Below the pieces are notes generated by a model. That model did not search any database, was not told where the DNA came from, and saw only the letters and a list, made by a program, of their open reading frames with translations. Shown here one piece after another: positions 27,657 through 36,553 of a DNA stretch of 64,000 bases; within the stretch, counting starts at the first letter, position 1, and each line of letters opens with the position of its first letter. The DNA lies in contig CAYZGX010000001.1 of assembly GCA_964478235.1 (NCBI GenBank), positions 163,850 to 227,849 of the forward strand. The letters run 5' to 3'. The position numbers were made by a program, and so were the translations under genes. The DNA is from an uncultured Gammaproteobacteria bacterium. Its GTDB lineage: Bacteria > Patescibacteriota > Patescibacteriia > Magasanikbacterales > GWA2-37-8.

Positions 27657-29522
27657 ATGCAACATCATAAAACCGCCCCTGCTTCTGATACTCCGCCTGA
27701 CGAGAAAAAATCACATCATCGTTTTACCAAAAAAAGAGCTTCTTCAGAAAATACCGACGAAGTCTACAGTGAAAAAAACATTGATCACACCATAGCTGCT
27801 ATTTATCAAGACGATAATGGTGAAATTCCTAATATGCAACGCATGACTATACAACGAAGCGGTTCTTTTGCGCGTTTTTTCACCTTTATCTTTTTAATCG
27901 GTATCGTCGGGGCAGTTTTGGCTTGGACCGGTTTCTTTTTCCTACCAAACAGCGACACCTCTCGCGACCAAGTCAGCTTAGTTTTTGAAGGTCCAAGCAC
28001 TGTTGAGCTCGGAGCTACCACCACCTTTAAACTAGTCTATGGAAACGATGGGACAGTTGATGTTACCAAACTCACTCTCAACGTCTATTACCCAGAAGGT
28101 TTCTACTTTATCACCAGTTCGAAGCCAACCTCTAATGCTGGTCGAAACGAATGGAAATTAGCCGATCTCTCTATCGGAAAAAATGCCGAACTACTCATTA
28201 CTGGTAAATTTTACGGCACACCTGATGAACAAAAGTCGTGGCGCGCTTTTTTAAACTATACCCCAACCAACTTTAATTCTGAACTACAAAAAATTAGTGC
28301 TAAAAATGTCATTATCGGCGACTCCCCCCTCTCTCTCACTATGTCCGGCCCAGACAAAGCTTCAATTGGTGTAGACGCGGCCTATAGTTTTGCTATTGAA
28401 GCCGACACCGATTGGAAAGGGCCACTTTTATTGGTACCACTTGTTCCAACCAACTTCCAAATTTCTTCATCCTCACCAGCGCTTGATAAAAACGGTCGTT
28501 GGAATGTTGTCTTTACCACTTCCACCCCTCGCCCACTCTTTAGTTTGCGTGGTCGTTTCAAAGATAGTACGGTCACAAGCACTATCAAAGCTAATCTGTA
28601 CGTTTCTATTCCAACATCAAACCAACTATTCGCCGTTGCTCACACTGAAATTACTCCAGAAATTGCTAAAAACTCCATTCCTTTTGCCACCGCTATCAAC
28701 GGCACAACCCAAGACTTTGACTCTCACCCTGGAGAAAAATTGGCTATCACTGTCAATCTCAAAAACACTTCGCCAGACGTGATGAAAAACGCCACTATTA
28801 GTCTTATTTTTGATGCCCCTTCAGTCAAACGAGCAAGTGCTCTTAGTTGGGGACAAATCAGCGACAAAAATGACGGTGTCATTGTTGGCGAACAAGTCAG
28901 CGACACTCTTCGACGCGGCACTATCACCTGGACCAGCAAACAAATTCCAGCACTAGCTCAAATTCAACCAAACAGCACCATTACTTTTGACCTCGCCCTG
29001 CCCATCAAAGACACTCGTGACTTTGACTTTAGCACTAGTAAAGAAAATACTATTAAAGTCGTTACCAACGCCACCTATCTTGATAAAACCAACACGACAA
29101 TTTCCACCGCAGCGAGCCCAATCACCATCACCCTTATTAGCGATCTCGCTTTTGAAAACCGAGACTCGGTGACCACTAATAGCCAAAGCAAAGAGGAACA
29201 TGCTGTTTCCTGGGTACTCACCAATAGTTACCACGATTTGAAAGATATCACTGTCACTGCCGATATCTATGGCGACACCACTTTCCTCGCTGGATCAACA
29301 TCTGGCGGATCAATGGTCTTCTCAGCCAAAGACAAACGCATCACCTGGACTATCCCTTCCATGCCTGAAAGCATTGATGTAGCCAACGGCACCTTCACCC
29401 TAGTCGTCAACGCGAAAAACCCAACTCAAAATACCTTACTTTCTAAAGTAAAAATCGAAGCCACTGACACTGTGGCCGGAAAAAAGATACTTCTATCTGG
29501 CAATGAAATAAAGCTTAAATAG
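27657..29522 (+). CDS. Membrane-anchored surface protein with repeated beta-sandwich (Ig/CARDB/DUF11-like) modules
   Basis: Start taken at the ATG at 27657 (the ORF track extends to 27597, overlapping the upstream gene). Cytoplasmic tail, TM FFTFIFLIGIVGAVLAWTGFFFL, then about 500 aa of repeats of the form LTLNVYYPEGF / ITVNLKNTS / ITVTADIYGD. Confidence 0.5.
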   Translation: MQHHKTAPASDTPPDEKKSHHRFTKKRASSENTDEVYSEKNIDHTIAAIYQDDNGEIPNMQRMTIQRSGSFARFFTFIFLIGIVGAVLAWTGFFFLPNSDTSRDQVSLVFEGPSTVELGATTTFKLVYGNDGTVDVTKLTLNVYYPEGFYFITSSKPTSNAGRNEWKLADLSIGKNAELLITGKFYGTPDEQKSWRAFLNYTPTNFNSELQKISAKNVIIGDSPLSLTMSGPDKASIGVDAAYSFAIEADTDWKGPLLLVPLVPTNFQISSSSPALDKNGRWNVVFTTSTPRPLFSLRGRFKDSTVTSTIKANLYVSIPTSNQLFAVAHTEITPEIAKNSIPFATAINGTTQDFDSHPGEKLAITVNLKNTSPDVMKNATISLIFDAPSVKRASALSWGQISDKNDGVIVGEQVSDTLRRGTITWTSKQIPALAQIQPNSTITFDLALPIKDTRDFDFSTSKENTIKVVTNATYLDKTNTTISTAASPITITLISDLAFENRDSVTTNSQSKEEHAVSWVLTNSYHDLKDITVTADIYGDTTFLAGSTSGGSMVFSAKDKRITWTIPSMPESIDVANGTFTLVVNAKNPTQNTLLSKVKIEATDTVAGKKILLSGNEIKLK

Positions 29523-29525
29523 CAA

Positions 29526-29559
29526 CAAAAATCCCCTGACTTTGTCAGGGGATTTTTTA
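29526..29559. terminator. Bidirectional intrinsic terminator (surface-protein gene / miaA)
   Basis: ATCCCCTGAC-tttg-TCAGGGGAT flanked by an A-run and a T-run. Confidence 0.6.
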
Positions 29560-29560
29560 T

Positions 29561-30487
29561 TTATAACAGAAATTTTTTTACCATCTCTCGAACATTCTTC
29601 ACCTCATCTGGGTTCACCCATTGAATACGCTTATCTCGTTTAAACCAAGTAATCTGCCGTTTCGCGTAGCGGTGTGTATCTTGTTTAATTGATTCAACCG
29701 CGGCTTCCAAAGTCATAGTTTCGCTCAGATAAGCTCCAATTTGTTTATAGCCAATACTACTCATGCTTGGCAAATTCCAACCGTATTTTTGTTTAAGTAA
29801 TTTTTGAGTTTCTTTCACCAAACCATTTTCTATTTGAGCATCAATAGCCTTGTCTATGCGTGCGTATAAATCAGGCAATTCACGCTTTAACCCTATCTGC
29901 AGAGCCTCAAACAGTGGCTTAGCGAGCGAACGTTGTTCGGCAAACGATTCCCCCGTCAAAATCGCCACTTCAAGAGCGCGAATAACCCGGCGAGGATTCT
30001 GCCTATCAACCTGTTCAAAACTTTTTGGGTCAACTTTTTTAAGGAGTAGTAATAATTCCTCCAATGGTTTTTCTTCAAGCGAACGTCGAAGCGTTTTGTT
30101 TGGCGGAACAGACGGCATAGATAGATTGTCAACAATTGACCATACATAGAGCCCTGTCCCCCCAACAACAATCGGCACTTTTCCACGAGACACAATGTCA
30201 TTAATATGCGTTACCGCTCGCTCTTTATACTCTGCCAAACTCATCTCATGCCCCGGATCAACGCAATCCATCATATAGTGAGGAATGCCGTCAACCATAA
30301 ACACTTGCTCTCCACGAACTGCCTTCCACACACCATCGGGTTTGGCAGTGCCAATCGTCATTTTGGTATACACCTGACGCGAGTCAGCCGAGACAACTTC
30401 ACCGTTGAATTCTTTGGCTAATGACAAACCAAGAGCGGTTTTTCCGCTCGAGGTCGCGCCAACAATAACAATAATCTTTGGTAGCAT
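29561..30487 (-). CDS. miaA: tRNA dimethylallyltransferase
   Basis: MLPKIIVIVGATSSGKTALGLSLAKEFNGEVVSADSRQVY P-loop N-terminus and conserved MiaA body. Confidence 0.9.
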   Translation of the reverse strand: MLPKIIVIVGATSSGKTALGLSLAKEFNGEVVSADSRQVYTKMTIGTAKPDGVWKAVRGEQVFMVDGIPHYMMDCVDPGHEMSLAEYKERAVTHINDIVSRGKVPIVVGGTGLYVWSIVDNLSMPSVPPNKTLRRSLEEKPLEELLLLLKKVDPKSFEQVDRQNPRRVIRALEVAILTGESFAEQRSLAKPLFEALQIGLKRELPDLYARIDKAIDAQIENGLVKETQKLLKQKYGWNLPSMSSIGYKQIGAYLSETMTLEAAVESIKQDTHRYAKRQITWFKRDKRIQWVNPDEVKNVREMVKKFLL

Positions 30488-30497
30488 TTGGACTATT

Positions 30498-32252
30498 TTA
30501 ACGTGAAATTCGCTGTTTTGTTTCAGAGATTACTCGTTCTACAAAAGCAGCTTGTGTCATTTTGATTTGCTCTTCTTGACCACGAACGCGAATCATCCAT
30601 TCTTCGCCAGCCAATTCTTTGTCACCTACCACAACCACATACGGAATCTTTTGACCGGCGGCATTACGAACTTTTTTACCAATTGTTTCATCAGCACTAT
30701 CAATACCAACGCGAATACCTTGTTCATCAAGCTGTTTTTGAAGAGCAACTGCTCCTTCAACATGCTTTGACGACACCGGCAACAGCTGTACTTGTACTGG
30801 GGCCATCCATACCGGGAAAGCACCGGCATAGTGCTCGATCAGAATGCCCATAAAACGCTCTGGAGAGCCCACCAAAGCGCGATGGATCATAATTGGGTGT
30901 TTCTCCTGTCCATCAGAATCAACATAGGTCAAACCGAAACGTACTGGCATATTCATATCCAGCTGAATCGTCGAGATCTGCCATTCACGACCAATTGAGT
31001 CAGTCGCCATAATATCCATTTTCGGACCATAGAAGGCCGCTTCCCCAAGCGCTTCTTTAAAAGTAATACCGTTTCGTTCCAACAGTGCTCGGAGAATGCT
31101 TTCTGCCTTTTCCCAAGTACTATCTTCACCCAAATATTTTTCTTTATGTTCTGGATCGCGAAGCGACAAGCGAATCCAATAATTTAGACCATACGTGGTG
31201 AGCGCTTGCTTAATAGCAATAAGAACATTATTAAATTCTTCCTCAATTTGATCTTCGCGACAGAAACAATGGCCATCATCTTGAGAAAAACAACGTAGGC
31301 GGGTGAGGCCAGACAGCTCACCTGGTCGCTCATCACGATAGAGGTTCGAAAAATCAGCAAAACGAAGCGGTAAATCTTTATAACTGCGCTTCTGTGAAGC
31401 ATAAATCTGCGTATGCTGGGGGCAGTTCATTGGCTTCAGATAATACTGTTCATCAGAATAGTGCGACTTTACCTCAAGCATGTCATCTTTATATTTATCG
31501 TAGTGACCAGACACCTTGAATAGCTCTGCTTTGTTAATGTTCGGTGTGTGCACCTCTTGAAAACCAATCTTTTTGTTAAGTTCACGGGAATAATTAGCGA
31601 TAGCATTACGCACTGTCGTACCTTTTGGAGTAAAAAGTGGCATCCCTGGTCCAACCAACTCAGAGATAACAAACAAATCTAGTTCTTTGCCAAGCTTGCG
31701 ATGATCGCGCTTCTTGGCTTCTTCCAACATATTCAAATACACTGCCAACTCTTTGCGATTAGCAAACAACAAACCATAAATACGGGTCAACATTTCATTC
31801 TTTTCGTCCCCGCGCCAGTAGGCACCAGCCACTTTGTGGAGTTTCAAACCATCAAGCGGAATCTCTTTGGTGTTGTCAGTATGACCACCACGACACAAAT
31901 CAGTAAACGGACCAGATTCATACAGAGTAAGCGTTTTACTTTCGCCCGCAAACTCATTAATCAAATCTAATTTAAACGGCTGGTCTTTTTCAAACTGCTT
32001 TGCTTCATCCACCGACACTTCTTTGCGCACAAAAGCATGACCACCCTTAGCAATTTCCTTCATTTTTTCTTCAATTTTTTCCAAATCATTTTCCGAAATA
32101 GACACGCCAGCTGGAAATTTAAAATCGTAATAAAAACCAGTTTCAATCGTTGGGCCAATCGCCAACTTTGTTCCTGGATACAATTCCAAAACAGCAGCCG
32201 CCAACATATGAGCCGCTGAGTGTCGTGCGTTGTCTAGTTTTTGTACATCCAT
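30498..32252 (-). CDS. thrS: Threonine--tRNA ligase (lacks N-terminal TGS domain)
   Basis: 584 aa. Editing domain HSAAH motif, class II aaRS motifs, and anticodon-binding C-terminus. Confidence 0.95.
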   Translation of the reverse strand: MDVQKLDNARHSAAHMLAAAVLELYPGTKLAIGPTIETGFYYDFKFPAGVSISENDLEKIEEKMKEIAKGGHAFVRKEVSVDEAKQFEKDQPFKLDLINEFAGESKTLTLYESGPFTDLCRGGHTDNTKEIPLDGLKLHKVAGAYWRGDEKNEMLTRIYGLLFANRKELAVYLNMLEEAKKRDHRKLGKELDLFVISELVGPGMPLFTPKGTTVRNAIANYSRELNKKIGFQEVHTPNINKAELFKVSGHYDKYKDDMLEVKSHYSDEQYYLKPMNCPQHTQIYASQKRSYKDLPLRFADFSNLYRDERPGELSGLTRLRCFSQDDGHCFCREDQIEEEFNNVLIAIKQALTTYGLNYWIRLSLRDPEHKEKYLGEDSTWEKAESILRALLERNGITFKEALGEAAFYGPKMDIMATDSIGREWQISTIQLDMNMPVRFGLTYVDSDGQEKHPIMIHRALVGSPERFMGILIEHYAGAFPVWMAPVQVQLLPVSSKHVEGAVALQKQLDEQGIRVGIDSADETIGKKVRNAAGQKIPYVVVVGDKELAGEEWMIRVRGQEEQIKMTQAAFVERVISETKQRISR

Positions 32253-32253
32253 A

Positions 32254-32446
32254 TAATTAAACAGTTAAAAATATAAATAAAAATCCCGATACACCAAAAA
32301 AAGGTCTATCGGGGTCATTGTTAAGCACAAGGACGGTTCCACCCGAAAATTTCACTTAATACCTGTATTTGTACATACTGACAAGAGTGGTACCATATTC
32401 TGACCTGGTCAGAACTGGGCTGGTTCTTGTGTAAAACGTATGGGTA
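32254..32446 (-). promoter_or_regulatory. Putative T-box leader with intrinsic terminator upstream of thrS
   Basis: The minus-strand RNA contains AAAUUUUCGGGUGGAACCGUCC (T-box-like GGGUGGnACCG), then hairpin CCCGAUA...UAUCGGG plus a U-run just before the thrS ATG. ACC (Thr) codons occur in the upstream stem region. Confidence 0.4.
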
Positions 32447-32452
32447 TCCCCT

Positions 32453-32481
32453 AGTGTACAAAGGAGGAGTAGAACTGTCAA
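32453..32481 (-). promoter_or_regulatory. Sigma70-like promoter for thrS leader
   Basis: On the minus strand: TTGACA (32481-32476), 17-nt spacer, TACACT (32458-32453). Confidence 0.45.
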
Positions 32482-32512
32482 GAAAAAAGACTGCTCTTTG
32501 CAGTCTTTTTGT
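32482..32512. terminator. Bidirectional intrinsic terminator downstream of the 32520-33656 gene
   Basis: A-run, AGACTGC-tcttt-GCAGTCT, T-run. Confidence 0.55.
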
Positions 32513-32519
32513 ATACTTA

Positions 32520-33656
32520 TTATTTTACATTTTTAACCACCACTCGGATACGATCAGGCGAGGTCGGCGCCCCACTCATCCACGACGGAGAGAATTTTAC
32601 ATCCACCCCAACAACATGGTCGAGGCCGAGGACATATCGCTGGATTTCTTCCTTGGTTTTACTAACAAAATTGGTTGGTGCTAATTTTTCTACATTTGCA
32701 TCAAGGGTCACCAGGGCATCTTGAGCCACCTGAAGCTCGGCTGTGCCGTCTTTAAGACTGAACGACGAAACAGATACTGTTGGTTTTTTATCAGCTGCTA
32801 AAAATTTCTCTGCTGTAAGATCAATTTTACTAGAAACTTCACGGGCAATTCTATCGGTGAGATCTTTAGCGTTGTACATCACTACCACGAGGGTACTGGT
32901 ACCACTTACGTCAAAGGCAGCCACCTGATCACCAGCCGAAGCTGATGCTCTAGCGCTCTGACTAGCAATACTAACACTCACTTCTATCCCGTCGGTCGCT
33001 AATGTTTTCAAAAAGGCTTGTTTTACTTTTTCTTTATAATTATTTTCAGCGCTAGTGATATCGTCTTGGCTAAGCACCGCCACTGTCTGCGATCCACCAA
33101 TCATTGCTGCCTTACTTTCAGCGTAAATTGTCTTTTGTTTTACTTCGATCAAACCTGGGATAGTAAAGGTAGTCGGAGCAACATCACCGAGAGGACCCGG
33201 CTGGTCAGCATAGACCGGCACAGTCACCTGGCCTTGTGGTGGCACAGTGGTATTAACCGATAAACGGAATAACACGCCGGTTGGTGACAACAAACGAGTT
33301 GTTTTAACGAGCGGCTGAGCTAAACCGGTTTTATTATAAATAATCACTTCACCTTTTGAGGTACCAGCAACTGATTTAGTGCCAGTTGGCTGGTATTTTT
33401 CAGTATGAGAAAAAATAGTTGAGGTAACACTTCCCGGCATCGAGCCTGGCTTAACCCCTTCTTGGCTCAACGTAACGTTGAGAGTCACCTTTTTAGCATC
33501 TTCTTTAGCAACAATCGTAACTTCCGCTTTCTTGGACGTGATAAAAATAACCACTCCCAAAAGAGCAATGGTTATCAATAAAAATGACACTGCGACTATC
33601 TTATACCACTCCGGGGACGAGTCCCCCGAATTGGTTGACATACGATGTGTTATCAT
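32520..33656 (-). CDS. Hypothetical membrane-anchored protein (N-terminal TM, Ser/Thr/Val-rich extracytoplasmic domain)
   Basis: 378 aa. TM helix IVAVSFLLITIALLGVVIFI. No recognisable catalytic motif. Sits downstream of pilB. Confidence 0.5.
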   Translation of the reverse strand: MITHRMSTNSGDSSPEWYKIVAVSFLLITIALLGVVIFITSKKAEVTIVAKEDAKKVTLNVTLSQEGVKPGSMPGSVTSTIFSHTEKYQPTGTKSVAGTSKGEVIIYNKTGLAQPLVKTTRLLSPTGVLFRLSVNTTVPPQGQVTVPVYADQPGPLGDVAPTTFTIPGLIEVKQKTIYAESKAAMIGGSQTVAVLSQDDITSAENNYKEKVKQAFLKTLATDGIEVSVSIASQSARASASAGDQVAAFDVSGTSTLVVVMYNAKDLTDRIAREVSSKIDLTAEKFLAADKKPTVSVSSFSLKDGTAELQVAQDALVTLDANVEKLAPTNFVSKTKEEIQRYVLGLDHVVGVDVKFSPSWMSGAPTSPDRIRVVVKNVK

Positions 33657-33715
33657 AGAAATGCGGTTGCCCCGTTAGTATAGCACAAAAAAGGGCGTTT
33701 GTGGTGTGGACAAGC

Positions 33716-35470
33716 TTATTCTGTCACCCGGAAGATTTCGTCAATAGTGGTAATCTTGTCGAGCGCCTTGAGTAAACCATCCTGAGCCATGGTCACCATG
33801 CCGTTTTTAACGGCAATTTCCTGAATAGTATACTCCGATAAGTTACCGCTCAGAATAATTTCTTCAATTTCCTTGTTCATCGTAAAAATCTCATAAATAC
33901 CAATACGACCCTTATAACCGATATTACTACACACCTCACAACCTTTGCCTTTATAAAAATGCAGGTTGTTCATATCGACATTCTTCTGCTCAGCTGGCGG
34001 CAAGGTGGTGAGTAGTTGTTTTACTTTTTCCATTTTCTCAGCTGGCGGAGTATCCTCTACAATGCAATTACTACAAATACGGCGCACCAAACGCTGGCCA
34101 ATCACCGAATTGAGGGACGGTGCCAAAAGAAACGGCCGAACCCCCATCGATAAAAAGCGCGGCAAGGCACCAGAAGCGCTATTGGTATGAATAGTAGATA
34201 ACATCAAATGACCAGTCAAAGCAGCCTGAATAGCAATTTCCGCCGTTTCTAAATCCCGGATTTCACCAACCATACAAATATCTGGATCTTGGCGTAAAAT
34301 ACTGCGTAAGCCTTTGGCAAAAGTATAATCTCGTCCTGGATCAACCTGACTTTGGTTAATCCCCTCCATTTTAATTTCAATCGGATCTTCCAGGGTAATA
34401 ATTTTTACCCCTGGTTTGTTGAGGGTGCGTAAAATTGCGTACAACGTCGTGGTTTTACCACTGCCAGTTGGACCAGTGGTAATAATCATACCATTTGGTC
34501 GTTCAATTTCTTTTTTGAGACGATCATGAGCGTCACCACGCAAACCAAGCTCATCAAACGTCACCCCTTTACTACCGCTGTGCAAAATACGCATAACCAC
34601 ACTCTCCCCATGAATAGTCGGAAGTGTAGAAACACGAATATCGAGACCGCCTGAGGGCAGCTGAAGGGTCACACGACCATCTTGCGGACGATCCGTCACG
34701 TTTAACTTTAACGCTGCCAAAAGCTTGATACGCGATATAAATCGTTTCCACTGCTCTTTTGGAAGCATGGTAATGTCGTGTAAAATACCATCAATACGAT
34801 AGCGAACTGCAATGCCACCCTCTTCAGCTTCAACGTGCATATCTGAAGAACCGAGCTTAATAGCTGACGCCACCATCAGTGTCAAAATATCAGTGATCGA
34901 AACATTAACAAAAGCTTGTTTTAAACTATCCAAGTTATTAATGCCTACATTATAGCGATTCATTTCTTCTTCGCTAATAATCACGTCTTTGGTGACTGGC
35001 TTATAAATAGGCAGCGTGGCGTAGAGAGCAATAATTTTCTGATAACTACGCTCAGAAATAAGGTAAACTTGAACATTAGAACCTTGTTTAGCCGCTAAAT
35101 CCGCTCTAATCTGTTCAACTCCTGGTGTGGCCGCGAGCGCCCCGATACGCGCCTGTTCATTGGAAAAATAAAAACAAATGGCTTTTTCTTTTTCAGCCAC
35201 CTCTTGAGGGATTGCTCGAAGAGCTTCCGAAGAAACTGGAAAATTTGTGAGATCAATGTAGGGCAGCCCTGCTTGTGCCGCCTGTGTTGCCACCTGTTCC
35301 TCTTTATCACGAACCGCAATTTCATCCATCTTATGCTGAAAGGCGTCACCGGCACTCGTGCCAGCCGGCGTATGCGAAGAAGGCGCCCCTGCTGGAGCAG
35401 TCGCCGCCGGCGCAGCGCCAGAGGCTGGCTTTTTTTTCACCAAATCATTAATCGATGGGAAATCAGACAT
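33716..35470 (-). CDS. pilB: Type IV pilus assembly ATPase PilB / GspE family
   Basis: GspII_E N-domain, Walker A GPTGSGKTTTLYA, Asp and His boxes, C-terminal tetracysteine CSNC...CEVC. Confidence 0.9.
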   Translation of the reverse strand: MSDFPSINDLVKKKPASGAAPAATAPAGAPSSHTPAGTSAGDAFQHKMDEIAVRDKEEQVATQAAQAGLPYIDLTNFPVSSEALRAIPQEVAEKEKAICFYFSNEQARIGALAATPGVEQIRADLAAKQGSNVQVYLISERSYQKIIALYATLPIYKPVTKDVIISEEEMNRYNVGINNLDSLKQAFVNVSITDILTLMVASAIKLGSSDMHVEAEEGGIAVRYRIDGILHDITMLPKEQWKRFISRIKLLAALKLNVTDRPQDGRVTLQLPSGGLDIRVSTLPTIHGESVVMRILHSGSKGVTFDELGLRGDAHDRLKKEIERPNGMIITTGPTGSGKTTTLYAILRTLNKPGVKIITLEDPIEIKMEGINQSQVDPGRDYTFAKGLRSILRQDPDICMVGEIRDLETAEIAIQAALTGHLMLSTIHTNSASGALPRFLSMGVRPFLLAPSLNSVIGQRLVRRICSNCIVEDTPPAEKMEKVKQLLTTLPPAEQKNVDMNNLHFYKGKGCEVCSNIGYKGRIGIYEIFTMNKEIEEIILSGNLSEYTIQEIAVKNGMVTMAQDGLLKALDKITTIDEIFRVTE

Positions 35471-35479
35471 AAACTCCTA

Positions 35480-36508
35480 CTATTTTCGACGCTTAAAACC
35501 AAACCAATGGAGCACTCGACTCGAAACACCTTCATGGTGCATTTTAATAAACATGTACATCCAACTGCTAGTGATAAAAGCGTGAAAAATACCGCCAACA
35601 ATGGCAATAATTAAAACATATAGTGCGAGTGTGGCGTAAATACCAAAAGCAATAAGCGAAGTAAAACCAGTGGCTGCGCCAACCAAAGTGAGGATAACTG
35701 ATGGGGTCAAAATCCACAAACCACCAAAGATAAAGGCCATCATCAAAGCAATACTCAAAATCAACTCAATAATAGCGAGCTCCAAAGAAACCAGTACGTG
35801 ATGTTCAAAAAGCAGACGGCCTTTGGTAATGGCTGTGCCAAGGCTATTTTCGTCGTGAACAATGTAACCGGAAGCATATTTTGCAATAGTCGAAACGGCA
35901 AAAGCTACCACAAAACCAGCTGAGAAAATAAGCGCGTTAACATAGAACGCTCCCCAACCAAGCAAATTATTACCGCTAAAAGCAACTAATAGATAACCGA
36001 CAGCTAAAAAATTGACCGCTAAAACAAATCGTTCTAACACTTTCATTCCGAGCAGACGCCAAAAATGTTTCACCCCTTTATGCCACGAGCGCGAGGTAGT
36101 CGGAGTGCGACCGAGAAGCGAAAAAGCCCCAGTACTCGCCGCGATCAAAGCCCCTTCAGCTGCCACTGACACTAAAATAACTAAGACAAGAACAGCCAAA
36201 AGTACCACCAAAAGCCAGAGCGACCAAACGTTCAAAAATGGCGACCACAAATAAGATGATGCTAGCAGTGACCAGTCTGACAAATGTAGTAAACGGTTCT
36301 CATCAATCGCCAGAACTCTCCCCACAAAATTTGGTAGACCGAATTGGCCAACCAACGCCGATAATAAACCGAAAATCCACAAAATTTTAGTGTGCCAGAC
36401 GAGTTGCCAGGCTTTTGTCAGCGCTTGTCGATATGTTGGCTCCAACATACATGAAGAAATAGTTACTAAGTAACGACTAGTATAGCACATTTTAACTAAA
36501 CAAACCAA
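35480..36508 (-). CDS. Hypothetical polytopic membrane protein
   Basis: Eight to nine predicted TM helices and no PilC/GspF signature. The start may lie at an internal Met (MLEPTYRQ). Confidence 0.45.
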   Translation of the reverse strand: MVCLVKMCYTSRYLVTISSCMLEPTYRQALTKAWQLVWHTKILWIFGLLSALVGQFGLPNFVGRVLAIDENRLLHLSDWSLLASSYLWSPFLNVWSLWLLVVLLAVLVLVILVSVAAEGALIAASTGAFSLLGRTPTTSRSWHKGVKHFWRLLGMKVLERFVLAVNFLAVGYLLVAFSGNNLLGWGAFYVNALIFSAGFVVAFAVSTIAKYASGYIVHDENSLGTAITKGRLLFEHHVLVSLELAIIELILSIALMMAFIFGGLWILTPSVILTLVGAATGFTSLIAFGIYATLALYVLIIAIVGGIFHAFITSSWMYMFIKMHHEGVSSRVLHWFGFKRRK

Positions 36509-36553
36509 AAAAATCCCCCACCGTTAGGTGAGGGATTATAAACACGGACAAGA

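Noticed and set aside
32427-32724. Plus-strand ORFs (85 and 71 aa) and a plus-strand AGAGTGGTACCAT T-box-like string in the thrS upstream region
   Set aside because: The ORFs run through a bidirectional terminator and into the 3' end of the convergent minus-strand gene. The plus-strand T-box-like string has no downstream aaRS gene or terminator, whereas a better T-box core plus terminator exists on the minus strand directly upstream of thrS.
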